A DNA stretch of 64,000 nucleotides from an uncultured virus (IMG/VR IMGVR_UViG_3300033112_000355) (IMGVR_UViG_3300033112_000355), one strand, 5' to 3'; shown: positions 1 to 10,196, counted from the stretch's first letter. Program-made: numbers and translations. Notes: a model not told the origin generated them from the letters alone.

Positions 1-154
1 ACCAGGATCTGAACTAGCTATCAATGAACACTTTGGTTTATCCTCCAGTGTCAAGGTGAATCGGGTGAAAGATAAAGCCAAACGGCTTATCTATGAAAAT
101 ACTAGCATCTAGTAATTTTATATACCAGGAGGGGAAAAATCCCCTCGGTATATA

Positions 155-1192
155 TCATTCCATCACAAACAGCTTGTTAGCCATTGTGCCTGGATTTGCC
201 TGGTTAAGAATACGCCAAGCATTTTGCGGGTCGTTGACCATCTGCTGATCGAAAACATTCCAAAACTCCCGAGTATTTTGGGGGCTGGACTGCGCGGGAG
301 GAGCAGGCATAGCTGCGCCACCAAGTGAAGTAGGTGCAGTCGGATACCCGGTAGTTTCAAGCTGTTGCTCGGACTCATAAACAGGGTAAGGACCTTCGGG
401 ACCGAAGAACTGCAGAGTGTAATCAGACAGAACATCGGGATTAGTTAAAATCTCGTTGAATGCCTTGTTTTCGACATGCTCATTGACAGCGAATTCCGCA
501 TACTTAGTAAGGGTGTTATGTGCCCAAATAGCATATTCGGCATAATCTTCTAGACACGCACGCTCGTCATAAGCCCAAGCGACAGCGTCATCGAGAAGTT
601 TTTCCAGGTTTACGGCGTACTGGTTTAGAATTCCTGGAGCCTCTGGACCGAACGCGTCCAGAACTGTCCTCGTTTCCTGACTCAGGTTGTAATGGTCCGC
701 GACCATCCTGTCCACCGCCAGCGCTTGCTCCTGCGCGGAGGTTGTTGAGTAGGTTTGGGAATAATTGGGCGAGGATACCTGGTTGGGAGACCAGGTCAGG
801 CGATCCGAGCGTGAAATACCCGGGCTGATTGCCTCCGCTTGTGCCCAGCTTCCCGGGATAGCTTGAGGTAACGTCGGGGCCGGAGCTGACGGTGCTGCCT
901 GGAACGGGGAGGGGGCTGGCTGACTCAGTAGTCCCACCACCCTGTTGAACGCCGTCTCCCATGGGCTGGACGGGGGAACCGCCGCCGGTTGGGATTGGGG
1001 GACGTATTGAGACGGGCTTGATGGGTAACTGGTAGGTTGACCCTGTGCCTGTTGGGGGTAGTTCATACCCACCGGAATTTGAGCCTGAGGCTGCGCCACC
1101 GGAGCCGGTGCTGCCGCCACGTAGCTGCTGGGGGCGACGGCCACTGGTGTTTGGCTCGTCGGTTGGATCGATTGGACGGTAGCGTCCTGCAT
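155..1192 (-). CDS. Probable capsid scaffolding/assembly protein (Pro/Gln-rich N-terminus, acidic helical core)
   Basis: 345 aa ORF directly downstream of the portal, preceded by SD-like AGGAG; function inferred from position and composition. Confidence 0.45.
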   Translation of the reverse strand: MQDATVQSIQPTSQTPVAVAPSSYVAAAPAPVAQPQAQIPVGMNYPQQAQGQPTSYPSSPSQYVPQSQPAAVPPSSPWETAFNRVVGLLSQPAPSPFQAAPSAPAPTLPQAIPGSWAQAEAISPGISRSDRLTWSPNQVSSPNYSQTYSTTSAQEQALAVDRMVADHYNLSQETRTVLDAFGPEAPGILNQYAVNLEKLLDDAVAWAYDERACLEDYAEYAIWAHNTLTKYAEFAVNEHVENKAFNEILTNPDVLSDYTLQFFGPEGPYPVYESEQQLETTGYPTAPTSLGGAAMPAPPAQSSPQNTREFWNVFDQQMVNDPQNAWRILNQANPGTMANKLFVME

Positions 1193-2954
1193 AACTCATC
1201 TCCTGTTGTAATGCTTCGAGAGTTCGATACAGATAAGGTGTTAAATCCAAACGTGGATCTGCAGCCATAGGTAAATCTGGTGACTGCGGGTGGGGGGTCT
1301 GCATCATTCCGCCCACCAGGCGACTGAATGCTTGGAAAGCTCCTTGCAATTCATTCACCATCCTGAATGGGAACCCCGATAACATCGCGGCTCGTTCCTC
1401 ATCCGTTTTTTGTGGGAAAAGAAACTTCAGTGCTTCTATACTATCAACACCCAATTCTTGCAAGTTTCTAACAACAATTGAATTGTTAATTAAGTCCTGC
1501 GAGGTGTCTTCATATACGGGACCAAGCCAACGCCATTGAACAGTTAAGTCCCCGTCGGGAATTAAACCAATGACAGATGGTGGCAGCATTTCAGTTTGCA
1601 ATGCAGCCATCATGATCCGCTTAACTTGCTGATCATAATTAGCCATTGCCTCTTCATACATCTCTTCCTGCTGTGGCGTAGATTCCTCAGTCAAATCGAC
1701 TGGTTTTTCTAAACCAACTGCAGCAGCTAAGCTATCTCTGAAGAGCCTTTCTTCCTGATAAATAATTAACTCCATGCAACGTGCAATGCCGTGCGTATAA
1801 ATAGCGCGACACTTTTTCTTTGCCGTTGCTGCAACGCGACCGTAAATAGATTTAAGTTCAGTCGCAGTTACACTTGCCGAAATACTGATTTCATCCTGAC
1901 CACCTAAGGCAGTACGGATTTCTTCACGTAAAGTTCGGCTGAAAGATACCTGATCACCTGTAACAGCGTCGGGTACGATATAACCAACACGGTCGTTTGG
2001 TTCTAGGTTTGCGATAACACGGGGAACACGAAGTTGTCCATCCATGCCTCGCGAGATTGGATCTGCTTTAAACATTGATTTGCTTAAAGCACTGTTTCCC
2101 ATGAAGCCAGAATTAGCAGCAATCGATGGTCGTTGGACCACCGCGTCTGTGCCTGTCTCCATAAGATCGGTCTTTGGCCGAGAAGATAACAAGGTTGGAT
2201 TGCCAAAGAACTGAATGTTCTTCCGCATGTTTTTAACCATGTCATCGTGTAGACAAATCTGATCCGCTAAGGAATCAAATTCACCAACACCTTCTGTCGC
2301 AAAGCCTTTGGGGTTGTTGAAAATTTCAACACAAGGAATGAAACCTAAGGTGTTCTTAAGTTTCTTCGTCTTTCCAGGTGCCACTTGATCGGGCATCTCG
2401 AAAGACATATGTCCATCTGAATGCGTCTCTGTAATAATACGTTTTTTAATTGAAAGTTTGATGTATTTTTTATTGCCTCCTCCATTACCCATGCCATGCA
2501 TATGACCTGTCATGGAAGAGTCATCAATAACAGTAGGCTGCATAAAGCCATTGCCTTGACGCACTTTATAGCTATAGATGATTACGACTTCATCTAATTC
2601 GCCATCGACGTTGTAATACGTCCTGTATTCATGTTTTCTGAAAAAATAAAGTCGATAGTTGTTGTTAGTAGGTCGAATGTAAAATAAACCTTGACCGTCA
2701 CAAAGAAAATAATCCCAAATAGAGTCTAAACGTGTATCTAATTGGTTGTATTTAGCGACGCGATCTAAAAAGTCTTTACGTTGATTGCCAAAATTATCTT
2801 GACCGGGGAAGAATTCTACCCCTTGGCGAATGCCAAATAATCGCATCTGTGCTAAATGTCCAGCAACGATCCCGGTGTCGATTCCAGCGCCACCATCCTT
2901 ATCTAAATACGAATTAACAATGTCTTTTAAACGCGCTTTGGAATCTACCGCCAT
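588..2954 (-). CDS. Probable portal protein, with a long low-complexity C-terminal tail overlapping the next gene
   Basis: 788 aa; NTLGFIPCVEIFNNP...GVGEFD segment resembles SPP1-type portals; lies between terminase and scaffold candidate. Confidence 0.7.
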   Translation of the reverse strand: MAVDSKARLKDIVNSYLDKDGGAGIDTGIVAGHLAQMRLFGIRQGVEFFPGQDNFGNQRKDFLDRVAKYNQLDTRLDSIWDYFLCDGQGLFYIRPTNNNYRLYFFRKHEYRTYYNVDGELDEVVIIYSYKVRQGNGFMQPTVIDDSSMTGHMHGMGNGGGNKKYIKLSIKKRIITETHSDGHMSFEMPDQVAPGKTKKLKNTLGFIPCVEIFNNPKGFATEGVGEFDSLADQICLHDDMVKNMRKNIQFFGNPTLLSSRPKTDLMETGTDAVVQRPSIAANSGFMGNSALSKSMFKADPISRGMDGQLRVPRVIANLEPNDRVGYIVPDAVTGDQVSFSRTLREEIRTALGGQDEISISASVTATELKSIYGRVAATAKKKCRAIYTHGIARCMELIIYQEERLFRDSLAAAVGLEKPVDLTEESTPQQEEMYEEAMANYDQQVKRIMMAALQTEMLPPSVIGLIPDGDLTVQWRWLGPVYEDTSQDLINNSIVVRNLQELGVDSIEALKFLFPQKTDEERAAMLSGFPFRMVNELQGAFQAFSRLVGGMMQTPHPQSPDLPMAADPRLDLTPYLYRTLEALQQEMSYAGRYRPIDPTDEPNTSGRRPQQLRGGSTGSGGAASGSNSGGYELPPTGTGSTYQLPIKPVSIRPPIPTGGGSPVQPMGDGVQQGGGTTESASPLPVPGSTVSSGPDVTSSYPGKLGTSGGNQPGYFTLGSPDLVSQPGILAQLFPNLLNNLRAGASAGGGQDGRGPLQPESGNEDSSGRVRSRGSRNSKPVRRKPGKTSR

Positions 2955-2986
2955 TACTGGGTCATCTAGATCCTTTTATTTTATCA

Positions 2987-3196
2987 CTATTTTCCCTTGT
3001 ATTTTTTAGCCGCACGCGCAGCTTTACTTGCTTTCTTTGCTGTTTCTGTATTTGGTACAAACTGCTTTCCTTTTTTACTAGCTGCTTTCTTCTTCTCGTC
3101 AGTTTCCCTGCGTTCTTCTTCTGACATCTTTGCCCATGCAGCTTTAGGTAGATATCTTTCTGTTCTACCTTTTTCTATAGCTTTATCAGCCATCAC
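2987..3196 (-). CDS. Small basic protein (C-terminal half of a DUF5872-like protein)
   Basis: ERYLPKAAWAKMS...GKQFVPNT motif; Lys-rich. Confidence 0.5.
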   Translation of the reverse strand: MMADKAIEKGRTERYLPKAAWAKMSEEERRETDEKKKAASKKGKQFVPNTETAKKASKAARAAKKYKGK

Positions 3197-3483
3197 CTTT
3201 TATCCTTTGCTTTTTTTGCAGCGGTTGCGGCTTTCTTGGCTTTGTTCTTATCGTATTCTTCTTTAGTCTGCCAATCTTCTTTACCCCACTTCTTTAAACT
3301 CTTTTGGCTCTTGCCCTCTCCTCCTTTGTAGCCTCCGCCTGCTTTTTTATATTCAGATGCAGTGAGCTGAGCTTTACGCGCAGACCACTGACCAGGCTTA
3401 CCTCCTTTACTTCCAGCCATTACGCGCTTCTTAATCGATTCGCGCAAGGCTGGTTTTGTATATTTGGAGTCGTCTTGTGGCAT
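3193..3483 (-). CDS. Small basic protein (N-terminal half of a DUF5872-like protein)
   Basis: GGKPGQWSARKAQL...YKKAGGGY...QKSLKKW motif. Confidence 0.55.
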   Translation of the reverse strand: MPQDDSKYTKPALRESIKKRVMAGSKGGKPGQWSARKAQLTASEYKKAGGGYKGGEGKSQKSLKKWGKEDWQTKEEYDKNKAKKAATAAKKAKDKR

Positions 3484-4067
3484 TATGAAACGAACTTATT
3501 TGCGAAACCTGAAGCACGTGCAGGATACGGGTCAGGAGGTAAACCTTGTGCCAATGTTGGATCGCTGCTATACATACGATTTTCCTGATCTTCTCGACGA
3601 ATTTCTTCTAAAGCTTCTCGTCGTAACTGATCAATTGATCTTGGGCCTATAAAGCCATCTCCGGTCGGAATTTCGTTAATAGTACCTGGCATATTGTAGA
3701 AACCTGGTCCTCGAGTTTCTGGAAATGTATCAACAAAAGTCCTTGGAGGTTGAGAACCTCCTGGTAAATTGCCGCCAAAATACTCAGCATCTGTGCGGCG
3801 ATACAGAGAACCAAGATTATTGCGTCCTGTTTCAAGGGCACGTCGTAACGGGTCTAATATTTGATTAGGTCTACCCGATAGGTCACCAAAGTTCCTACGG
3901 TCAAGATCCATGATCGATCCAAATGGATCAAAAGCAAGTTGAGGATTCCCGCCTTTGTCTTGACCACCTGTATTAATATTAAGTCCAGCCATGTCCGCAC
4001 CTAGGGTTGCCCTTTGCATTCCCTCAAAATTACCAGGTGCCCCTGGACCCATGCTGCTGTAATACAT
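3483..4067 (-). CDS. Hypothetical Gly/Pro-rich late protein
   Basis: 194 aa ORF, stop/start coupled to the next gene. Confidence 0.5.
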   Translation of the reverse strand: MYYSSMGPGAPGNFEGMQRATLGADMAGLNINTGGQDKGGNPQLAFDPFGSIMDLDRRNFGDLSGRPNQILDPLRRALETGRNNLGSLYRRTDAEYFGGNLPGGSQPPRTFVDTFPETRGPGFYNMPGTINEIPTGDGFIGPRSIDQLRREALEEIRREDQENRMYSSDPTLAQGLPPDPYPARASGFANKFVS

Positions 4068-4106
4068 TTAATAACCCTCTAAAATTTTTTTAACAAGTGA
4101 GGGCTA

Positions 4107-4397
4107 TCAAGCCTCCTCTTCAGCGCCCATCGGACCGGTGCGTCCCATCGGACCCATAGGGCCCATAGGACCCATAGGACCCATCATGCCTCCGCCCATC
4201 ATTTGAGCGCCTGCTGCATACATGCGCTTGAAATCCATAGGGGTAAGAGGGCCATACATTGCCTGGCCGTTCATTGCCATAGGTGGATTAAGGTAACCCA
4301 TCCCACCACTTGGTCCAGGGATCATGCCCATGTTCATCAGGGCTCCGGTGTTTCCAGGTGCTCCGGGCATGTTGGCATCGCCACCGCTCATCATCAT
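4107..4397 (-). CDS. Hypothetical Met/Gly/Pro-rich protein with GPM repeats
   Basis: GPMGPMGPMGPM run; shares an N-terminal PGAPGN motif with the neighbouring ORF. Confidence 0.5.
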   Translation of the reverse strand: MMMSGGDANMPGAPGNTGALMNMGMIPGPSGGMGYLNPPMAMNGQAMYGPLTPMDFKRMYAAGAQMMGGGMMGPMGPMGPMGPMGRTGPMGAEEEA

Positions 4398-4416
4398 GGT
4401 CGTAAAAGCTTTTTAA

Positions 4417-4596
4417 CTATTCTATTGGTATAAACTTTTCAGGCTCATTAACCTTGTTAAAAACAATTCCATTTCCTTTTAGCCTGCAATCCAGAACATC
4501 TCCTTCACTCCAATCAAGGATTTCAAGAAGGTCATCTGATAAAACTACATAAAACGTTCCGTCCGGTGCTTCGCAGATTTCAGTGACTTCGATCAT
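4417..4596 (-). CDS. AbrB/MazE/SpoVT-like small DNA-binding protein (59 aa, not in ORF track)
   Basis: Manual translation MIEVTEICEAPDGTFYVVLSDDLLEILDWSEGDVLDCRLKGNGIVFNKV; ATGA-coupled to the upstream gene. Confidence 0.55.
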   Translation of the reverse strand: MIEVTEICEAPDGTFYVVLSDDLLEILDWSEGDVLDCRLKGNGIVFNKVNEPEKFIPIE

Positions 4597-4859
4597 CTGT
4601 TGTCAATAGTTCTCTCAACAAGCTTATCAAGCTTAATGTTGATTTCAGAAAAAGTATCGTTCATTCTTTGCATCTCTCTGACATAATCTGCCTTCAATAC
4701 ATATTCGATAGGCATTCGTTCAACTTTATTTTCTATTTCTCGCATGCGTGTTGAAATCTTAGAGAGTGTCCAACCACCCCCTGTAATTGCTGCTATAGCA
4801 ATTGCTATTAATTGTTCCATAGAGGGTGCCCTTTCTTCTATTATAAAGGTGAGAATCAA
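4593..4859 (-). CDS. Small membrane-anchored coiled-coil protein
   Basis: One hydrophobic helix (LIAIAIAAITGGGW) followed by a coiled coil; probable start at MEQLIA. Confidence 0.5.
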   Translation of the reverse strand: MILTFIIEERAPSMEQLIAIAIAAITGGGWTLSKISTRMREIENKVERMPIEYVLKADYVREMQRMNDTFSEINIKLDKLVERTIDNR

Positions 4860-4868
4860 ATGAGAACA

Positions 4869-6395
4869 TCAAAAATCTATTTGTAGATTACCTTTTCTTG
4901 ATAGGCCGTTCAGTAACCAAACCAACGCATCTACACAGTCATCATGGCTAGAAACTCCGAAATTAGTTAGCTCTTCAAACATCGCAGTGAAGTTTCGATA
5001 ACGATTAAAGATTACTTTTCTTTCTTCAAAGAGACCAATCGTGCCTCTAAATCTAGCAAGCTTGTCAGAGCGGAAGCCTTTGACTGGATGCCAGACTAAG
5101 TTCCAGAGACTATCTTGGTTAAGACAAACTCTTTTAAAGTCAGCCTCCAGACTTGCTTGGTAAGCGACTGCTTCACTATAGATGTCACATGTAGACATCG
5201 TCGGGTAATACAGTCCTTTTTCATCCTGACCAAGAATATTCCAGTCGGCCAACATCTCCTTTAACGCATCCAGCTTTTCCAGATTACCCATAACGCGTAT
5301 TCGTCGATAATCAATGATATGAATTCGATCTTCGATTCTTCCGCCTAATACCATCACTGTATAGTCATTCTTTTCTTTGACTCCTGAAGACAAATCAATT
5401 CCTACTGCAAGCGAATCGAATTCAGTCGCAATCTCAGCTTTAACAACTAACTCAGGAGCCAGAGACAACTCATGTTGCCTCACCACTTGATTCATGTATT
5501 GAAAACTAAAAGCAACGGGGGCTTGTCTTTTTTTTTCCAAGAGATAATCGATTGACCAAAACTCAGGCCAATAGCTGATTTGTTCTCCTGTCTCTTCATC
5601 AGTATTAATCGCTGAAAGAACAACTTGATTCCAATTGTTATTTTCATTAAATGTAGTGGCATGTATATCATCATGTCTAAAACGAGTCCCTAGACAGATT
5701 GCTCTTGCACCCTCAAACATCGTAGGTGCAATAACTGCATTCCAGTTATCTTCCATCTGCTTTCTAACGTCTGGGTTAGAAATATCCGATGCTGATTTAA
5801 TAGGGTCATCAATCATCACCAGGTGAGAACGTTTAGATGTAACTGAGCCTTTCAGACCAGCTGCACATAACGTAAATTGTTCTTCGCCTGTAGTATCAAT
5901 TCCTGCAAACCTATGATCAATTGACCAGTATTCATTAGAAGTTACATTCTTAAGAAGCTTTACCTTTGGAAAAACTTCTTGATATTTTTTACTCTCAATA
6001 ATTCGTTTAATCGTTGCAGATTTAGACCGCGCAATATCTACGGTGTAAGAAAGATAAAGTATCTGTAAGGGCTGTCCCGCAGTTGTATGAACTCCTATCG
6101 CCCATGCAGTTAATAAACCAAGCACAGTAGACTTTGCTGATCCTCTAGGGGCCAGCAAATCAATATTAGGTCCACCGATTTTTAATAGGCACTTTGTGTC
6201 TAATTTGGTAATAAAATGTTTATTCCATTCTTTATGGTGTGATGCTGGGGGTTTATCTGCTACATACTCACAAAAGAAACCAAAATCTTCACGTGCCTTC
6301 TCAATCTGTTCTTGATTCTTATGTGGTTTAATTTGTTGCCTTGCTGCAGCTGCACGTGCATTTCTACGATAAGCTTGATAACTGTAAGAAGGCAT
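4869..6395 (-). CDS. terL: Terminase large subunit
   Basis: Walker A LLAPRGSAKST, Walker B VMIDDP, coupling motif GTR, RNase H-like nuclease GIDLS...NDYT...HDDCVDAL. Confidence 0.92.
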   Translation of the reverse strand: MPSYSYQAYRRNARAAAARQQIKPHKNQEQIEKAREDFGFFCEYVADKPPASHHKEWNKHFITKLDTKCLLKIGGPNIDLLAPRGSAKSTVLGLLTAWAIGVHTTAGQPLQILYLSYTVDIARSKSATIKRIIESKKYQEVFPKVKLLKNVTSNEYWSIDHRFAGIDTTGEEQFTLCAAGLKGSVTSKRSHLVMIDDPIKSASDISNPDVRKQMEDNWNAVIAPTMFEGARAICLGTRFRHDDIHATTFNENNNWNQVVLSAINTDEETGEQISYWPEFWSIDYLLEKKRQAPVAFSFQYMNQVVRQHELSLAPELVVKAEIATEFDSLAVGIDLSSGVKEKNDYTVMVLGGRIEDRIHIIDYRRIRVMGNLEKLDALKEMLADWNILGQDEKGLYYPTMSTCDIYSEAVAYQASLEADFKRVCLNQDSLWNLVWHPVKGFRSDKLARFRGTIGLFEERKVIFNRYRNFTAMFEELTNFGVSSHDDCVDALVWLLNGLSRKGNLQIDF

Positions 6396-6439
6396 AAAAA
6401 TTTCCCTATTCTTCTACAGTAACAAAGAATAGAGAAATT

Positions 6440-7336
6440 TTAACGGTTTTGCATACGCTTAAATCGCCGGGCCATTCTAGCTGCTCTTCTAGCTTTGCGT
6501 TGGTCCATCCGCGCTTGCTTTATTTCCCTTCTTTCTGCCCTATCTGCTCTCCTTTCTTTACGCACTGCTGCAGTAAATTTACGTTCACGACCTGCCCTGC
6601 TTTTGCCAATCTCAGGTGTTTCACTGAAAGGCCCAGGAGTCGCTGCAGGAGTAGGAGCTTCTGCAGATTCAAGACCTAAGTCTGCGGCTGTAAGGGGTTG
6701 ATCAGCATCTTCGCGAAAAAAAACAGAATCTGGCCGCTTGCGCAATAGATTGCCAAAGGGATCTCTAAAGTCTGGTCCTTCATAAACTTCACCTGGTTGA
6801 ATAAACTCAGGTTCAGCATTTTTAGCAGCAGTAGAAATTGCATCGAAATCTGCTCGGGTTACAGGTGAACCGAATTTACCACTCCGAATATTATCTCTTA
6901 GTTGTCCAAACTTTGCTGTCAAATTATTGTAAGCATCTACAACAGCTTGTGGAACTTTTTGATTTCGAGGACCTTCTCCAAATGCTGGTGTTTCTGGTCT
7001 TTTATAATTATATGCACTACGCGGATTCGCTTTCAGTCTTTCAATTTTTTGTTGTTGTAATTCTTCTTCGGTGTAAACAGGGATATCTTCTACCCGATCA
7101 AAGCGTTGAATGTCTTTCAGCGCATCCTGTCCATACAAACCTCCGTAAACGCGTCTAGCCTCATCTTGACGCGCATTGAAAGCATCAAGATCATCTTGAG
7201 AGAACCTAGAACCAGGTCTTAGCTTAAAATTATCTGCCAATCCTACGTTCGCATTACGGTCAAGAAGAGGACTTGGCCTGCGAAAAAACTCACGAGCTGC
7301 AAGTTGTATAGGAGTACCGCCACCGGAAAAAGTCAT
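6440..7336 (-). CDS. Hypothetical protein with Arg-rich C-terminus
   Basis: 298 aa ORF in the late cluster. Confidence 0.5.
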   Translation of the reverse strand: MTFSGGGTPIQLAAREFFRRPSPLLDRNANVGLADNFKLRPGSRFSQDDLDAFNARQDEARRVYGGLYGQDALKDIQRFDRVEDIPVYTEEELQQQKIERLKANPRSAYNYKRPETPAFGEGPRNQKVPQAVVDAYNNLTAKFGQLRDNIRSGKFGSPVTRADFDAISTAAKNAEPEFIQPGEVYEGPDFRDPFGNLLRKRPDSVFFREDADQPLTAADLGLESAEAPTPAATPGPFSETPEIGKSRAGRERKFTAAVRKERRADRAERREIKQARMDQRKARRAARMARRFKRMQNR

Positions 7337-7411
7337 GAATTATCGCCTCAATAAAGTGATCGTTTCAGAAACGTTGTTATTTAACTATTTTAAGTGAATA
7401 AATTTATTGTC

Positions 7412-7762
7412 TTATCCCATCTTGCGACGTGAATCACGAGTTGCTCGGCCAGGCCCCATATCAAGTCCTTCAACTTCTTCTTCCATTCCCATACCTTGCA
7501 TCATGCCATCGGTGTTTTCTGCGTTGTCACCTAACATGGCATTTAAGTTATTGCTAAAGTCAGTACGCTTCATGCTTGTTCCTTGCATTCCACCTGTATT
7601 TTCTCCCTCTCCTACCATCATATTCATGGGATTTTCACCACTCATACCGGGAGTATTGCTCATGCCAAAATTATTAGCCGAGTCAGCGTCTTGACGCTCT
7701 AACATCATGTTTTGCAAGTTCTCGTAAGTATTCTCACGAAGACGCTGATTTGACTGGCCCAT
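7412..7762 (-). CDS. Hypothetical Met/Gly-rich protein
   Basis: 116 aa ORF with AGGA upstream. Confidence 0.5.
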   Translation of the reverse strand: MGQSNQRLRENTYENLQNMMLERQDADSANNFGMSNTPGMSGENPMNMMVGEGENTGGMQGTSMKRTDFSNNLNAMLGDNAENTDGMMQGMGMEEEVEGLDMGPGRATRDSRRKMG

Positions 7763-7797
7763 GTTTAAATCCTATTTATATACCTATAATATATCAA

Positions 7798-8427
7798 CTA
7801 TTCCTCAAGCTGCATCCGTGCCCACACGGCCATTGATGCTTCTTCTAATGGGATAGAGATAGGATCATCTTTAAAAATCGCAAGCAATTCACGAATAGCC
7901 CTATCTGCTCCAGCAAGCAATAGACCCTTACGATCTTTCATTGTGGTGAATTCTTCAACCTGTGCGATGTTGCCACGAATCTCACGCTGCATTTGAGCAT
8001 TCCTAGCAACACCTACATCCCTTTTAATTAATCCGTTTTCTACATCTTCACGTAATTTACGCACATCCTCTGTCATTTCATTGATTTGAAATAACAATGT
8101 ATGGATGTGATCAGGCTTTTCGAAAAGTGAAGTTACCCAAATATCACAATCCGCAACGGTCCCTTTATAGCCAAGGAACCGTGCATAGATGTAAATTTCT
8201 ACAACCGAATACTTGTCGCAAGCAAACGACATGAAAGTCTCTCTTGTAGAAGAATCCAAGTTCTCTACAAAGTGAGAAAAGACCTCAGAACTTATAAGCT
8301 CGTCGTGCTTGAGCGTTGTCTCGAGCTTCTTGTGTTCGCTCGGTTTTACGCTGCTCTGAGGCACCTTTTTCGATCGTTTGTCTTTCTTGAGAACCTTGTT
8401 CTCTAAGTTTGCGTTCTCCGAATTCAT
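7798..8427 (-). CDS. Hypothetical helical protein (possible small terminase; true start probably downstream of 8427)
   Basis: Coiled-coil C-terminal half, located upstream of terL; function inferred only. Confidence 0.35.
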   Translation of the reverse strand: MNSENANLENKVLKKDKRSKKVPQSSVKPSEHKKLETTLKHDELISSEVFSHFVENLDSSTRETFMSFACDKYSVVEIYIYARFLGYKGTVADCDIWVTSLFEKPDHIHTLLFQINEMTEDVRKLREDVENGLIKRDVGVARNAQMQREIRGNIAQVEEFTTMKDRKGLLLAGADRAIRELLAIFKDDPISIPLEEASMAVWARMQLEE

Positions 8428-8572
8428 ACGCTAAATCGTAAGCCTTTCTGTACCGCTGAATGTCGTCGTCTGATAAATCTAACCCAGACCTAGGCGGTCC
8501 AGCGGACGAATCGCTAACGTTTCTCTCTTCATCAGAGAACATATCAACAACTTTATTAGATGAAGATGACAT
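8285..8572 (-). CDS. Hypothetical (probable internal virion) protein
   Basis: 95 aa ORF with GGAG SD. Confidence 0.45.
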   Translation of the reverse strand: MSSSSNKVVDMFSDEERNVSDSSAGPPRSGLDLSDDDIQRYRKAYDLAYEFGERKLREQGSQERQTIEKGASEQRKTERTQEARDNAQARRAYKF

Positions 8573-8592
8573 GATATATTCTCCGGGAAAAA

Positions 8593-8841
8593 TCAGAAGT
8601 TAGCAAACATGCTGGACAGACCCCGGGTGTAGATGTTCTGACGTTCTTGAGCCTGAGCATCACGGTTCTGACGGATCTTGGAGCCAGTAAGACGATCTAA
8701 CAGGAAGTTGAACTGCTGGCGATCAAAACCAGGTCCATACTCTTCTGCTGCAAGGTTGAACTGCAGGTCTCGTTTCTGCTGTCTATTAAGGTTGGGATCG
8801 GCAGCAATTGCTGCTTGCCTTTGCTGAAAACTTTGTGACAT
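8593..8841 (-). CDS. Hypothetical (probable internal virion) protein
   Basis: 82 aa Gln-rich ORF. Confidence 0.45.
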   Translation of the reverse strand: MSQSFQQRQAAIAADPNLNRQQKRDLQFNLAAEEYGPGFDRQQFNFLLDRLTGSKIRQNRDAQAQERQNIYTRGLSSMFANF

Positions 8842-8889
8842 GTGCGTGTTTCTAGAAACTACAAACTAATTATACAAGAAGTTCACTTT

Positions 8890-10185
8890 TTAGCTAAACA
8901 AACCTGCAGCTAATCCTTGGACCATTCCGTACTGTCCCTGAATCACAGCAAGCCGCTCTCTTCCTTGATCTTTGATCCTTTGGAGACTCTTATCAATATC
9001 ACCTTGAAGTGAGGTCAAACCAGAGTTGTAAAGATATTTACGCTCGTCACGTCGTTGCTGTTGAAAATCTTCGATTTCAGCTATTGTACCTGTGAAGGTG
9101 TAATCATCGATAGGTTTTAGACCTGCTCTTCTCCGTGCTTTCTTCGAAAAATTGTCCGGAGCAAACTTAACTTCTCTTTGGTCTGTAATGACTTCTTTCG
9201 TTGGTCCTACGGCATCTTGATAAATAAAATCTGAAGTTTCTCCTCGGTCAATGGGAACCTGTCCGCGCCCAGCAGCATCTACATTTGTATATGTTCCATC
9301 CTGTAGCCTTCTGATGAAATCGTTTTCTCCACCCTGAACATTCTTGCCCTCTAAATAGTTAGGGTTCTGTTTTAAATATTTAACAATCTCATCGTCAGAA
9401 TATCCTGCCTGACGTGCTTTAAATACGTCATAGCCTCCAAAGTCAGGGCCTAAACCATAGCGTGTGCGGATTGCATCTAAAGATGGTCTTTGATATTCTT
9501 GTTGCTCTCCCTGCTCCACAGGAACTGTTTCTGTGAGCCTCTTGCCATAGTATGCATCCGCATACGCATCAAACAAGCCACCTGTTCCAAACTTGTCTTT
9601 GTACTCCTGACTGGCTGAAATATCACCTATAAGCTGATCGTAATCGTAACCTGGGATGCCTGCTTCAAGTCTTCCGGTAAATTTGAGCAGTTCATTACCA
9701 GTGGCTTCGCGGCCTAACGTATTCTGGAAAGCCCTTTTGACTTGCTCTTCGTTTTGTTTAGGTACAACTACTTTATCGTATTCTCTATAAATGCGATTTA
9801 AATCCTGGCCGAACCTAGGATCTGTGTCGAAAAGATCGTTTTCTGTAATAAAGTTTTGTAGATTTAAACCAGCGGTAATAGGACCTTGCCGTCCTGATAA
9901 AAGGCCAGAAAACTGATTATCTCTAAAACCTTCATAAGCCTCTGCTGCATTTGCCCTACGCTGAGGATTGTTAAAGACGTTATTGCCGCGTTGAATTACG
10001 TCTTGTGTAGTTCCAAAAGAAAGATCAAGGAACTCTTCTAAATTCTCGTTTTCACCTGGCTCAAATACTTGGGCGGTACGTTGTCCACCACCGCCGCCTC
10101 CACTGCTACCGCCTCCGCCAAGTGCTCCAGCGATGCCTCCAATGACCGGACCTGCGGCTGCTGCAAGTAATGTCCCAAATACCAT
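8890..10185 (-). CDS. Probable internal virion/ejection protein
   Basis: Gly/Ala-rich hydrophobic N-terminus; internal AFQNTLGREA...Y..L...S.EY segment; AAGGAG SD. Confidence 0.5.
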   Translation of the reverse strand: MVFGTLLAAAAGPVIGGIAGALGGGGSSGGGGGGQRTAQVFEPGENENLEEFLDLSFGTTQDVIQRGNNVFNNPQRRANAAEAYEGFRDNQFSGLLSGRQGPITAGLNLQNFITENDLFDTDPRFGQDLNRIYREYDKVVVPKQNEEQVKRAFQNTLGREATGNELLKFTGRLEAGIPGYDYDQLIGDISASQEYKDKFGTGGLFDAYADAYYGKRLTETVPVEQGEQQEYQRPSLDAIRTRYGLGPDFGGYDVFKARQAGYSDDEIVKYLKQNPNYLEGKNVQGGENDFIRRLQDGTYTNVDAAGRGQVPIDRGETSDFIYQDAVGPTKEVITDQREVKFAPDNFSKKARRRAGLKPIDDYTFTGTIAEIEDFQQQRRDERKYLYNSGLTSLQGDIDKSLQRIKDQGRERLAVIQGQYGMVQGLAAGLFS

Positions 10186-10196
10186 TTTTAATCTCC

